Positions 37,858 through 47,263 of a stretch of 64,000 bases of DNA are shown piece after piece. Origin of the DNA: Candidatus Hydrothermia bacterium (GTDB taxonomy: Bacteria; Hydrothermota; Hydrothermia; UBA1063); assembly GCA_049719805.1 (NCBI GenBank), contig JBNARF010000002.1, positions 275,495 through 339,494 on the forward strand. The letters run 5' to 3'. Every line of letters starts with the position of its first letter. Positions within the stretch are counted from its first letter, which is position 1. The notes under the pieces were generated by a model, which saw only the letters and a program-made list of their open reading frames with translations, was not told the DNA's origin and searched no databases. A program made the position numbers and the translations under genes.

Positions 37858-38089
37858 GGATCTCTATATGGGCCCTCTTGCCCCTCCTCATAGCGGCAGC
37901 CTGGATAATCTGCCTAATTGCCTTTGCAGTCCTTCCTTCCCTGCCAATTACCTTTCCGAGGTCGCCTGGACCTACTCTCAGTTCGAAGATTACCGTCTTT
38001 TCGCCGGGTATCTCTTTTACAGATACCGAACTTTCATCATCTACCAGCTGTTTTACCACGTATTCGAGTAGTTCTTTCAGTTCAGCCAT
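37850..38089 (-). CDS. KH-domain RNA-binding protein (YlqC/UPF0109 family)
   Basis: 79 aa; KH motif VIGREGRTAKAIRQI; conserved position between rpsP and rimM. Confidence 0.85.
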   Translation of the reverse strand: MAELKELLEYVVKQLVDDESSVSVKEIPGEKTVIFELRVGPGDLGKVIGREGRTAKAIRQIIQAAAMRRGKRAHIEILE

Positions 38090-38101
38090 CTTTGTACCTC
38101 C

Positions 38102-38353
38102 TTATTGCATACTTACCTGTTTTGTTTTTTTGTAAAATTTGTAGAGTTTGACCACCCTGGGGGTCATTTGTGCCCCCTGAGAAATCCACTTCTCAAGGAG
38201 TTCGGTGTTTATTTCCGTTATGTCCTTAATGGGATCGTAATATCCAATTATGTCAATAACTTTTCCATCTCTATGAACCCTTGAGTCCTGAACAACAATT
38301 CTATAAAGAGGTCTTCCGGTTTTCCCCATTCGCTGTAACCTGATTTTTACCAC
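38102..38353 (-). CDS. rpsP: 30S ribosomal protein S16
   Basis: 83 aa; MVKIRLQRMGKTGRPLYRIVVQDSR canonical S16 N-terminus. Confidence 0.95.
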   Translation of the reverse strand: MVKIRLQRMGKTGRPLYRIVVQDSRVHRDGKVIDIIGYYDPIKDITEINTELLEKWISQGAQMTPRVVKLYKFYKKTKQVSMQ

Positions 38354-38388
38354 AGTAACCTCCTATTTCAGTTTCGGTTAATTATATA

Positions 38389-39030
38389 TCAAAGTCGGAG
38401 TTCTTTCAACTTCTCAATGGTATCTTTTCTATTTTTCGAAGAAAAGATGTATTGTGCAGAAACTATGATATCCACATAAGGGGCCACCAGTTTTGCGGTT
38501 TCCTCATTTATTCCACCATCCACTTCTATAAGGTATGGAAAGTTTTTGGTATCCTTTAATTCTTTGAGCTTCTCGAGTTTTGGTAGAACCTGGGGCATAA
38601 ATTTTTGACCGTAAAACCCTGGATTAACAGACATCACCAGAATTAGATCTAAGTATTCGAAATAAGGTAAGAGGTTTCTTATTGGAGTTTCGGGATTCAG
38701 CGAAATTCCCGCTTTAATGCCTTTACTTTTAATTTTTTTTATGGTCTTGAGGGGATCCGCTTTAGATTCTATGTGAAAGATTATGACGTCCGAACCTGCA
38801 TCGGCAAATGCATCAATATACTTGTATGGATCAATGATCATTAGGTGGGATTCCAAAGGGATCTCTGTGAGTCTATTAATGGTCTCCACGAGGAAAGGTC
38901 CAAAAGTAATGTTAGGAACAAACACTCCGTCCATGATGTCGAGGTGAAGGAAGTCGGCATTTTCAACGCTTTTAAGCTCTTCTTCAAGGTGCGCCCAATC
39001 ACAGGCGAGGATGGATGGAGAAACCTTCAT
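38389..39030 (-). CDS. rpe: Ribulose-phosphate 3-epimerase
   Basis: 213 aa; SILACDWAHLEEE, LHLDIMDG, DGG motifs. Confidence 0.9.
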   Translation of the reverse strand: MKVSPSILACDWAHLEEELKSVENADFLHLDIMDGVFVPNITFGPFLVETINRLTEIPLESHLMIIDPYKYIDAFADAGSDVIIFHIESKADPLKTIKKIKSKGIKAGISLNPETPIRNLLPYFEYLDLILVMSVNPGFYGQKFMPQVLPKLEKLKELKDTKNFPYLIEVDGGINEETAKLVAPYVDIIVSAQYIFSSKNRKDTIEKLKELRL

Positions 39031-39629
39031 TTTTCTCTCCTTTTCTTAAGGGTTTCGATAAGCTCAGAAAAAAATGGTACCTGTTTTATAAACTCATAGT
39101 TTTTGTCTTCGTTAAAGAAGCTTTCAAGATTCCTGTGCCCGGTTTTTTCGTATAAATAGGCTTGAATCAAAAGGTCCACCTTATCGGCGGCTCTAACGAT
39201 TTTTGCTTCTACTGTTTCGCCATTCTCAAATTCTTTGTAAAGGTCTAAAAGCTCATTTTTGACTTCTTCCGGTAGTTTTGAGACAAGATCATGGAAGGCT
39301 CTGTGTTCCACTGATTCAATGCTTTTTCCTATATATCTCCTTGCCTCAAGGTGTATGTCACCAATCAGAGCTTCTCCGAGTTCATGTATAACAGCCATTT
39401 TTATCGCCTTTTCTACATCCAATTTTTCGCCCTGTTTTAAAAGCAGTTTTGCGGTGATATAGGTTATCAGCGAGACACCAAAAATATGCTCTGCTACACT
39501 TTCCGGGTTTTCCACTCCATAATACCAGAAGCCAGCCCTGGGGGTCCTCTTGAGCCTGTAAGCCTCCTCTAAGAAATCCAGAAAGTTCTGCATGGTAATA
39601 TATCTTAAAGATTGGGTAAGGTTTATCAA
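39027..39629 (-). CDS. HD-domain phosphohydrolase (YfbR/HDDC2-like 5'-deoxynucleotidase family)
   Basis: 200 aa; HD motif (ESVAEHIFGV...VIHELGEALIGD); true start may be the internal Met (MQNFLDFLE...). Confidence 0.7.
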   Translation of the reverse strand: MINLTQSLRYITMQNFLDFLEEAYRLKRTPRAGFWYYGVENPESVAEHIFGVSLITYITAKLLLKQGEKLDVEKAIKMAVIHELGEALIGDIHLEARRYIGKSIESVEHRAFHDLVSKLPEEVKNELLDLYKEFENGETVEAKIVRAADKVDLLIQAYLYEKTGHRNLESFFNEDKNYEFIKQVPFFSELIETLKKRREK

Positions 39630-39632
39630 AAT

Positions 39633-40640
39633 TTACTTTAGCATTTCAATAAAATTGCCTATAAACTTCTCTTCAGTGAATAAATGTGCGGTTTTAGCTG
39701 CGTTTTGTGAAATTATATTCCATTTCTGGGTATCGTGGGAGAGGGATTTGATAATGCGCACTGCATCATCAACGCTTTTGGCCAAGAATCCGTTATACTC
39801 GTTTATTATATATTCCGCTGGACCTGTTTTTGTAAAGACAATGGGAACCACCCCCCGGGACATGGCTTCAAGGGGAGGAAGACCAAAGCCTTCTCTTAGC
39901 GACGGTAGGATAAAAAATCTGGCTCTATCAAGGATTTCAATAAGCTCCTTTGTTTTTAAGTATCCAAGATAAAATTTTCGGGAATCTAAAGCTCCTGGCG
40001 AGTCTCCTATTATGTAGAATGTGAAGTCTTTAAGACCATTGTGCTTTAAAAGTTCCATGGATATACCCGCGCCCTTTCTCTTTTTTAGTCTCACAAAGAT
40101 AACGATGGCGTTTTCTTTTCCATGGGTGTTCAAAGGCTGACTCAGGAAATCACGGGACAGAGGGGGATGTATTATGGGACCTTTTGAGAGAGTCCCCCTC
40201 ATTACCCATCTTGAGACTGCTGGCCTGTAATCTTGAGGAAGAAAATATGAAAGATATGCCAGAAGGGAAAAAGGGAATGGATAAAAATATTGTTCTGCAT
40301 CCTGCCTCAGGTAGGTAATCCTGGCGCTTTTAAAAAGTTTGGCAAAAAAAGCCGGATAAAAGGTGGGAAAAAAACTAACAACTACGTAAGAATGTGGTGG
40401 TATATTTCTGTAAAGTTGAAAGAGGATGGATAGCAGGCTTAAAGGATCTTTACCCTGCCTTTTGCTCTCTACGAATTTAATATTGACCTTATCGTTTAAA
40501 CTGTAAAAATCCTCAAAGCGGTTTTTAGGCACAATTAGGGTTACTTTGAATCCTTTTTCAGCAAGACCGTTCATTAAAATTGCAAGAACTCTTACTCCTC
40601 CGTGTTTCTTAAAAGAAAGGAGGGGAAAAACAAAATTCAT
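39633..40640 (-). CDS. Glycosyltransferase family 4 (GT-B, group 1)
   Basis: 335 aa; C-terminal GT4 signature FFILPSLREGFGLPPLEAMSRGVVPIV (E-x7-E). Confidence 0.8.
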   Translation of the reverse strand: MNFVFPLLSFKKHGGVRVLAILMNGLAEKGFKVTLIVPKNRFEDFYSLNDKVNIKFVESKRQGKDPLSLLSILFQLYRNIPPHSYVVVSFFPTFYPAFFAKLFKSARITYLRQDAEQYFYPFPFSLLAYLSYFLPQDYRPAVSRWVMRGTLSKGPIIHPPLSRDFLSQPLNTHGKENAIVIFVRLKKRKGAGISMELLKHNGLKDFTFYIIGDSPGALDSRKFYLGYLKTKELIEILDRARFFILPSLREGFGLPPLEAMSRGVVPIVFTKTGPAEYIINEYNGFLAKSVDDAVRIIKSLSHDTQKWNIISQNAAKTAHLFTEEKFIGNFIEMLK

Positions 40641-41080
40641 CTGTTTTTCTGTTCGTAGTTCTCGATCTTGGTTAATCTACGCTGATGTCTTCCTCCCTCA
40701 AATTGAGTTTCAAGAAAAGCTATAACTGCACTTAGTGCCTCGTCTTCTTTTATAAATCCGCCAGGTAGGCAGATGATGTTGGCGTTATTGTGCTTTCTTG
40801 ACATAATGGCATATCTTTCATCTACCACATGCGCAGCTCTTATGCCTTTAACTTTGTTAGCAGCTATTGACATCCCTATTCCTGTATAACAGATGAGGAT
40901 TCCGAAGTTGAACTCTCCCCGAGCTACTCCCTCGGCAAGGGGTATGGCAACATCTGGATAGTCTGCCTGCTCATCAGAGTAAACGCCGAAATCTACAACT
41001 TCATGGGCGATGGAAAGTTTTTCTTTTAAGAACTCTTTGAGTTTAAATCCCCTGTGATCTGAACCGATGGCCAGCTTCAT
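40637..41080 (-). CDS. rpiB: Ribose-5-phosphate isomerase B
   Basis: 147 aa; RpiB/LacAB family (MKLAIGSDHRGFKLKE, ICYTGIGMSIAANK). Confidence 0.85.
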   Translation of the reverse strand: MKLAIGSDHRGFKLKEFLKEKLSIAHEVVDFGVYSDEQADYPDVAIPLAEGVARGEFNFGILICYTGIGMSIAANKVKGIRAAHVVDERYAIMSRKHNNANIICLPGGFIKEDEALSAVIAFLETQFEGGRHQRRLTKIENYEQKNR

Positions 41081-41081
41081 T

Positions 41082-42008
41082 TTACTTTACCCATGTGAAA
41101 TAATGTTCGTATTTTTCGTCGGCATCCTCTATGATCCTGAAGAATTCCTGCTGAAGTTTCTTGGTTATAGGACCTATTTTTCCTTCTCCTATCTGAATTT
41201 TGTCCACGGACCTTATCGGGGTAATCTCAGCTGCAGTCCCTGTGAAGAAGATTTCGTCGGCAATGTAAAGCATTTCTCGAGGAATTCTTGTCTCAATAAC
41301 TTCAAATCCCATGTTTCTTGCAATCTCCATCACCGTTAATCTTGTGATACCCGGAAGTATCATGGAGTCAAGGCTTGGGGTGAAGATTTTACCATCTTTT
41401 ACGACGAAAATGTTTTCCCCTGAACCCTCGGAAACTGTGCCATCGGGGTTTAATGCAATCCCCTCAGCAAAACCGTATAGCACTGCCTCCATTTTTATGA
41501 GCTGAGCATTTGCATAATTTGCTGTAGCCTTTGCCATGGCTGGGAATGTGTTGGGTGCCATCCTATTCCAGCTTGAAATCATAACATCAACCCCTTTTTC
41601 CAGGGCTTCAGGTCCCAGATATTTACCCCATTTCCATGCGGCAATGGATACCTCTACCGGACATTCCATAGGGTTTACGCCGAGGTTATAGTAGCCTCTA
41701 TAAATCAGGGGTCTTATATAGCATTCGTCAAGTTCATTGGCTTTTATAAGTTCCACGGTGGCGTTGATAAGTTCTTCGAGAGAAAACGGAGATTCCATCC
41801 TGTAAATCTTTGCTGAATCTATGAGCCTTTTCAAATGCTCTTTCAGGCGGAAAACCGCTGTTCCTCTTTTTGTCTTATAAGCGCGTATACCTTCAAAGAC
41901 TGCGGAACCGTAGTGCAAAGCATGGGTTAGAACATGGACTTTTGCATCCTTCCATGGGACCAATTTTCCAGACATCCATATATAATTAGCTTCGTTGATT
42001 CCAGCCAT
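41082..42008 (-). CDS. ilvE: Branched-chain amino acid aminotransferase (PLP fold type IV)
   Basis: 308 aa; IlvE-like N-terminus (YIWMSGKLVPWKDAKVHV) and EGSGENIF motif. Confidence 0.85.
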   Translation of the reverse strand: MAGINEANYIWMSGKLVPWKDAKVHVLTHALHYGSAVFEGIRAYKTKRGTAVFRLKEHLKRLIDSAKIYRMESPFSLEELINATVELIKANELDECYIRPLIYRGYYNLGVNPMECPVEVSIAAWKWGKYLGPEALEKGVDVMISSWNRMAPNTFPAMAKATANYANAQLIKMEAVLYGFAEGIALNPDGTVSEGSGENIFVVKDGKIFTPSLDSMILPGITRLTVMEIARNMGFEVIETRIPREMLYIADEIFFTGTAAEITPIRSVDKIQIGEGKIGPITKKLQQEFFRIIEDADEKYEHYFTWVK

Positions 42009-42019
42009 AATGCCCTCCT

Positions 42020-42862
42020 TTAAAATACAATTTTGGCGATTCTATTTGCAGAACAGTTGAAGGCTACTGCAACGGGGAGCTGGGCTATATGGGTAGGGTA
42101 AACTTCCACCCTGACGTCGAGGGCATAAAACCTTCCCCCAAGCCCCCCGGGTCCAACTCCCAGGCTGTTAATTTCTTTGAGTAATTCCTTTTCCAGATTT
42201 GAATAAAATAGGTCAGGGTGTCTTACTCCCCAGGGCCTTAATAGGGCCTTTTTGGCCAGAAAAGTAACATAATCGAAGTTTCCACCAATTCCAACTCCAA
42301 TGGTTACTGGTGGACAGGGGTTTGGACCCGCTGCTTTGACTGTATCGATAACAAATCTTTTGATTCCATCTAAACCCTCATGAGGAGCCAGCATTTTCAA
42401 TTGGCACATCTGTTCACTTCCTCCACCTTTCGGGACAATATAAATGGTAAGATTTTCACCTTCCACAAGCTCGAAGTGAAAGACTGCCGGTGTGTTGTCC
42501 TGGGTGTTGATTCTATTTATAGGGTCTTTGACCACCGAGGCTCTCAGATAATTTTCTCTGTATGCTTCTTTTACAGCCTCGTTGAGAACCTCTTTTAAAT
42601 TAGCTCCTTCAAGTATTACATTTTGTCCAATTTCAATGTAAAAATTTACCATTCCGGTGTCCTGACAGATAGGAATTCTTTCCTTTTTTGCAATTTCTGC
42701 ATTATCAATAAGGTCTTTCAGGACTTGCCTTCCAGGAGGGAATAATTCAGAATTGTAAGCCTCTTTCAGCAGTCCGTAATATTCTTCATCAAATTCAAAG
42801 TTAATTCTGCTCAGGATTTCTTTAACTTTTTCTTTAATTTCTGCGGTATTAATGACTTTCAT
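42020..42862 (-). CDS. Class I (Fe-S) fumarate hydratase / L(+)-tartrate dehydratase alpha-subunit family
   Basis: 280 aa; fumarate hydratase alpha-type catalytic-domain pattern with conserved Cys ([17 protein letters not shown]); no beta subunit adjacent. Confidence 0.7.
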   Translation of the reverse strand: MKVINTAEIKEKVKEILSRINFEFDEEYYGLLKEAYNSELFPPGRQVLKDLIDNAEIAKKERIPICQDTGMVNFYIEIGQNVILEGANLKEVLNEAVKEAYRENYLRASVVKDPINRINTQDNTPAVFHFELVEGENLTIYIVPKGGGSEQMCQLKMLAPHEGLDGIKRFVIDTVKAAGPNPCPPVTIGVGIGGNFDYVTFLAKKALLRPWGVRHPDLFYSNLEKELLKEINSLGVGPGGLGGRFYALDVRVEVYPTHIAQLPVAVAFNCSANRIAKIVF

Positions 42863-44192
42863 GGAAATAGTTTTTTATGATCCCTTTTTGTTCCAAAAAA
42901 TCCTGGAGTTTTCGCGTTCTCAGAATAATCTCTGTTGCAGTTTTAAGTTCTTCCTCGTAGCTTAAAGGTTTACGTGCAACACCTTCTTTTGAAGCTTCAT
43001 GGGCAGCCCTTGCGGCAATTTTAGGGTAAAGTTCCCATTCATCCATCCTGGGAATTATATATTCCTCGTTTATCCCTTTTTCTTCTGCAAATTTGGCAAT
43101 TTCTTCGGCGACCCCCACACACATGCTATCCGTTATGGTTTTTGCGGAAACATCAAGTACCCCTCTAAAGATTCCTGGGAATACTAAGGAATTATTAACC
43201 TGATTGGGAAAATCTGAACGTCCGGTTGCTACGACCTTAGCCCCTGCCTCCCTGGCTTCCCATGGCCAGATTTCTGGCACTGGATTGGCACAGGCAAAGA
43301 CTATAGGGTCGTTTGCCATGGTTTTAACGTCATCTTTAGATATTACACCGGGGCCAGGGGTTGAGAGGGCAATTAGGACATCGGCTCCTCTTATTGCCTT
43401 TCTGTAATCCCCTTTAATTTTTTCTCCGTTGGTTTTTTTCAATAACTCAGCATTTATTCCAAACTTTTCTTCGAGATCTTCACGGTCAGGGTGAATGGTG
43501 CCCTTTCTATCTGCCAGGATAATTAATTCTGGTTTTGCACCGGCTATGAGAAGTAATTTCAGGGTGGCAACTCCAGCCGCTCCCGCGCCTAATATAAATA
43601 TTTTTATCTCGCCCATATTTTTGTTTACAATTTTCAATGCATTTATAAGCCCTGCCAGTATCACTGTTGCTGTCCCTTGCTGGTCATCATGCCATACAGG
43701 AATACTCATTTCGTTTCTAAGCTTCTCAAGAATGTAAAAACACTTAGGTTTTTCAATATCTTCCAGGTTAATCCCCCCAAAGGATGGTTCCATTGCTTTG
43801 ACAATTTCAACGATTCTGTCGGGGTCTTTTTCTTTCAGGCATAAAGGAAAAGCATCTACACCGCCCAAATACTTGAATAGAAGCGCTTTACCTTCCATGA
43901 CAGGAAGGCCTGCCTCTGGTCCGATGTTTCCGAGTCCTAACACCCTTGTCCCGTCAGAGACTACAGCCACTGTGTTCCAGCGTGATGTGAAGGAGAAGGA
44001 AAGTTCAGGATTTTCTAATATTTTTTTGCAGGCAGCGGCAACACCTGGAGTGTACCAGATAGCGAAATACTCGAGTCTCGAAGTAGGTACCCTGGGTATT
44101 ATCTCGATTTTCCCTCTATACTTGGGGTGAAGCTCTTCTGAAATTTTAAGAGGTTCTTCAGCTTTTTTCTTCAAAATATTATCATCTTGCAT
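42849..44192 (-). CDS. NAD(P)-dependent malic enzyme
   Basis: 447 aa; malic-enzyme N-terminal domain and NAD(P)-binding Rossmann motif (IFILGAGAAGVA). Confidence 0.85.
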   Translation of the reverse strand: MQDDNILKKKAEEPLKISEELHPKYRGKIEIIPRVPTSRLEYFAIWYTPGVAAACKKILENPELSFSFTSRWNTVAVVSDGTRVLGLGNIGPEAGLPVMEGKALLFKYLGGVDAFPLCLKEKDPDRIVEIVKAMEPSFGGINLEDIEKPKCFYILEKLRNEMSIPVWHDDQQGTATVILAGLINALKIVNKNMGEIKIFILGAGAAGVATLKLLLIAGAKPELIILADRKGTIHPDREDLEEKFGINAELLKKTNGEKIKGDYRKAIRGADVLIALSTPGPGVISKDDVKTMANDPIVFACANPVPEIWPWEAREAGAKVVATGRSDFPNQVNNSLVFPGIFRGVLDVSAKTITDSMCVGVAEEIAKFAEEKGINEEYIIPRMDEWELYPKIAARAAHEASKEGVARKPLSYEEELKTATEIILRTRKLQDFLEQKGIIKNYFHESH

Positions 44193-44220
44193 TGTATCTT
44201 ATTATAGACCTATTTTCTCG

Positions 44221-44811
44221 TTAAAAAAATTCCTCAATTTTCCCGATATTTTCCCATTTTGGAGTTATACCGAGTATTTTCAGGTCCTCGTAAATGTATT
44301 CAATGGGGATTCCAACAACGTTATAATAAGAACCTTCGATTTTCTCGATGAAAAGGCCGGCAATGCCCTGAATTCCATAGGCCCCTGCTTTATCGAAAGC
44401 GTTTCCGTATTGTATAAGTATTTCCATTTCTTCGTCATCTAATCTTTTGAACTTTACTCGCGTTTTTACCAATTTTTTCTTTTCTAAAGAGCCTGCTAAA
44501 ATGGCATACCCCGTGTATACCTCGTGCCATCTACCCGATAACATTTTTAAAAAGGTTTTTGCCTCGTGATAATTTTTGGGTTTTCCCAAAATTTTATCCT
44601 TTATAACTACTATTGTGTCGCAGGCCAGTATTACTCTATTCGCGATATCCAGGCTTCTGGCTTTCTCTTCTGCTAATTTTAATGCATCCTGAATTTCTTT
44701 TGGCTCTTCGTTAATTCCTTTCGGGGGAATTACATCAAAATCGTAGCCGAATTTTTGAAGTATAAATCTTCTTCTGGGGGATGTGGATGCAAGAATGAGT
44801 TTGTTATTCAT
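44221..44811 (-). CDS. maf: Maf-like nucleoside triphosphate pyrophosphatase
   Basis: 196 aa; LILASTSPRRRFILQ N-terminal motif. Confidence 0.9.
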   Translation of the reverse strand: MNNKLILASTSPRRRFILQKFGYDFDVIPPKGINEEPKEIQDALKLAEEKARSLDIANRVILACDTIVVIKDKILGKPKNYHEAKTFLKMLSGRWHEVYTGYAILAGSLEKKKLVKTRVKFKRLDDEEMEILIQYGNAFDKAGAYGIQGIAGLFIEKIEGSYYNVVGIPIEYIYEDLKILGITPKWENIGKIEEFF

Positions 44812-45532
44812 TATAGTATTTCCATAAGCCGGAGATTCTCAGGTAATTATCTATAGTTAAGGGAACCACCCGGTATAGAATTCTAACAACCCCTTTTGCT
44901 AATTCCCGCATCTCCCATTGAGCTTTGGGACTCAAGCGCTGTTCCAGGAAATTCATGAGGCTTCTCATATTTATGGTCCAGTAGAGGGAAGTTCTAAGTC
45001 CGGCGGGAAGGACTGTCCTTGCCGCTTCTTTCCTAAGGCCTGCCTCCACTAGTTTTTGATAAAGCTCAATGGATTTTTTTACGTGAGAAATAATCTCTTT
45101 CAAGAGTTCCTCTTTCTGCTCAATATGGGATTCTCTGAGGTTGAAAAATTCCGGCGGGATATGAACAATCTTATTTAGACCCTCGGGTGAATATTCAATG
45201 GATGTACCTTTATCCGGGCTTGTGTATCTAAAAGAACGTTTTAATGGGCTTGCAATTCTGTGCCTTAAGAGCTGTTCTCCAATATACATGGGAATACCTT
45301 CAATTTTGAATCTGAATACCTGCTGTTCGAAGGGTGAAAAATGTCCCATCTCTAATAGCTTAACGAGAAGTCTCTTATTGGCTTCTTCATCGCCTTCTGA
45401 TAGATAAGAGATTCTTGCAACGCGAGCTGGAGTGAGATCATCGCCCAACATTTCCTCGAGTAAAACCCTTCCTCCTCCAAGTATTTCCTCTGTAATGGGT
45501 GGATCGAAAACTGGCATGAAAAAATTATACAA
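44804..45532 (-). CDS. thyX: Flavin-dependent thymidylate synthase ThyX
   Basis: 242 aa; ThyX signature RHRIASPLKRS (RHR-x7-S). Confidence 0.85.
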   Translation of the reverse strand: MYNFFMPVFDPPITEEILGGGRVLLEEMLGDDLTPARVARISYLSEGDEEANKRLLVKLLEMGHFSPFEQQVFRFKIEGIPMYIGEQLLRHRIASPLKRSFRYTSPDKGTSIEYSPEGLNKIVHIPPEFFNLRESHIEQKEELLKEIISHVKKSIELYQKLVEAGLRKEAARTVLPAGLRTSLYWTINMRSLMNFLEQRLSPKAQWEMRELAKGVVRILYRVVPLTIDNYLRISGLWKYYNE

Positions 45533-45630
45533 ACATCAAGATGAAATGGGAAATTTTAGACAAATTATTCTGCCTGGTACTTTAATTTTGAGTTTATTTG
45601 CTGATTAAGTTCAGTATGTGATAACGAAAT

Positions 45631-45659
45631 TTGAATTTACATCGGCCAGACTTTATCAT
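45631..45659 (+). promoter_or_regulatory. Putative sigma70-type promoter for the tRNA-Arg/tRNA-Trp/rpmG cluster
   Basis: -35 TTGAAT (45631..45636), 17-nt spacer, -10 TATCAT (45654..45659), 11 nt upstream of the tRNA 5' end. Confidence 0.4.
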
Positions 45660-45670
45660 TAACTTTGCCT

Positions 45671-45744
45671 GCCCCCGTAGCTCAGTAGGATAGAGCGGCG
45701 GTTTCCTAAACCGCAGGCCAGAGGTTCGAATCCTCTCGGGGGCA
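45671..45744 (+). tRNA. tRNA-Arg (anticodon CCT)
   Basis: Hand-folded cloverleaf: acceptor GCCCCCG/CGGGGGC, D-stem GCTC/GAGC, anticodon stem GCGGT/ACCGC with loop TTCCTAA, T-arm AGAGG-TTCGAAT-CCTCT, discriminator A; no encoded CCA. Confidence 0.9.
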
Positions 45745-45791
45745 TTGTTTGACTGTTTTATTTTTTAGATTTATAATTTACAAACTTTCAC

Positions 45792-45866
45792 AGGCCTGTA
45801 GCTCAATTCGGCTAGAGCGCTGGATTCCAAATCCAGTGGTTGGGGGTTCAAGTCCCTCCAGGCCTG
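45792..45866 (+). tRNA. tRNA-Trp (anticodon CCA)
   Basis: Hand-folded cloverleaf: acceptor AGGCCTG/CAGGCCT, D-stem GCTC/GAGC, anticodon stem CTGGA/TCCAG with loop TTCCAAA, T-arm GGGGG-TTCAAGT-CCCTC, discriminator G; no encoded CCA. Confidence 0.9.
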
Positions 45867-45882
45867 TATAAGGAGGGAAGTT

Positions 45883-46032
45883 ATGAGGATAAAAATTGCC
45901 CTTGTATGTTCAGAGTGTAAAAGGAAAAATTATTACACTACTAAAAACAAAGACAAAAAAGACAAGTTAGAGATCAAAAAATATTGTAAGTTTTGCAATA
46001 AGCACACGGTGCATAAGGAGTCCAAGGTATGA
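45883..46032 (+). CDS. rpmG: 50S ribosomal protein L33 (Cys4 zinc-ribbon form)
   Basis: 49-aa ORF below the ORF-track cutoff: [49 protein letters not shown]; GGAGGG RBS; stop overlaps secE start (ATGA). Confidence 0.85.
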   Translation: MRIKIALVCSECKRKNYYTTKNKDKKDKLEIKKYCKFCNKHTVHKESKV

Positions 46033-46211
46033 GAAAAATTGTGGACTTTCTTAAGGAGTCTTATCAAGAATTTATGAAGATGACCTGGCCTACTAAGGAA
46101 AGCTTGTGGGGAGGAACACTGGGAGTTATATTAATTTCGCTTTTCTTCATTCTCTTTATGTTTTTAATTGATTTTATCGTTTCTAAGCTTATTCAGCTCA
46201 TTTTGGGGTGA
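46029..46211 (+). CDS. secE: Preprotein translocase subunit SecE
   Basis: 60 aa; single C-terminal TM helix, SecE-like N-terminus ([20 protein letters not shown]); position between rpmG and nusG. Confidence 0.85.
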   Translation: MRKIVDFLKESYQEFMKMTWPTKESLWGGTLGVILISLFFILFMFLIDFIVSKLIQLILG

Positions 46212-46215
46212 TAGG

Positions 46216-46812
46216 ATGATTGAAACAACGCAGGAAAAGAAGTGGCTTATATTTCAAACTTTTTCCGGGAAGGAAAAGAAAGCATTAAGTGCCGCACAAA
46301 AAGTTATTAAAGAACATGGTCTTGAGGATCTTGTGGAGCCCATTCTTCCTACGGAGTTTGTTTCTAAGGTAGTTACCCGTGGGAGGGGTCCCAACAGGGA
46401 AAGGGTCAGGGTTAATATTGAAAAGCCTATCTACCGAGGATATCTCTTTGTGGGTGTGTCCGGTGGCCGGGAAGTCCTGGACAAAGTGGTTAATTTGCTC
46501 ACTGAGACGAGGCTCATGAGAGCCCTTACCAAGAAAGACGAGAAGACGGGAGAACCTATCTATGTTTTCCTTAGCCAGGAAGAGGTTAACGAGTTAAAGC
46601 AGAAGATGGAAATAGAGCAGCAGAAGAAAGAGCAAAAAGTCCCATTCCTGGAGGGCGAAAGGGTTAAAATTTTAATGGGCAATTTTGAGGGTGTTATAGG
46701 TACCGTAGAGGAAGTTTATCCGCAAAAGAGAAAATTAAAGGTTTTAGTTAATTTAATGAACAGAACCACTCCAATTGTTATTGACTTTGATGGAGTGGAG
46801 AAGGCGGATTAA
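46216..46812 (+). CDS. nusG: Transcription termination/antitermination factor NusG
   Basis: NGN and KOW domains (KWLIFQTFSGKEKK...; GERVKILMGNFEGVIGTVEEV); start taken at internal ATG 46216 (ORF track starts 46168). Confidence 0.95.
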   Translation: MIETTQEKKWLIFQTFSGKEKKALSAAQKVIKEHGLEDLVEPILPTEFVSKVVTRGRGPNRERVRVNIEKPIYRGYLFVGVSGGREVLDKVVNLLTETRLMRALTKKDEKTGEPIYVFLSQEEVNELKQKMEIEQQKKEQKVPFLEGERVKILMGNFEGVIGTVEEVYPQKRKLKVLVNLMNRTTPIVIDFDGVEKAD

Positions 46813-46824
46813 AAGGAGGACAAG

Positions 46825-47262
46825 ATGCCCCCGAAAAAGAAAGAAATAGTAGCTCAAGTTAGATTGCAGTTACCTGCTGGCCAGGCGACGCCCGCTCCCC
46901 CTGTAGGTCCAGCTCTTGGTCAACATGGCGTAAATTTGATGCAGTTTGTAAAAGAGTTTAATGATAAGACAAGGGATAAACAGGGATTGGTTGTTCCTGT
47001 TATTGTGACAGTTTATAAAGATAGGTCTTTCACTTTTGAGGTAAAAACCCCTCTTGCGTCGGAACTCCTAAAACGTGCAGCCGGCATCGTGAAAGGTTCA
47101 GGGGAACCCAATAAAGTAAAGGTGGGTAAGGTAAAGAGGTCTGACATTCGAAAGATTGCTGAAATGAAGATGCAGGATCTGAATGCCAATGACATTGAGG
47201 CTGCTATGAGAATAATAGAGGGCACTGCCAGGAGCATGGGCATCGAAATAGTGGAGGGATAA
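46825..47262 (+). CDS. rplK: 50S ribosomal protein L11
   Basis: 145 aa; canonical L11 ([26 protein letters not shown]). Confidence 0.95.
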   Translation: MPPKKKEIVAQVRLQLPAGQATPAPPVGPALGQHGVNLMQFVKEFNDKTRDKQGLVVPVIVTVYKDRSFTFEVKTPLASELLKRAAGIVKGSGEPNKVKVGKVKRSDIRKIAEMKMQDLNANDIEAAMRIIEGTARSMGIEIVEG

Positions 47263-47263
47263 A

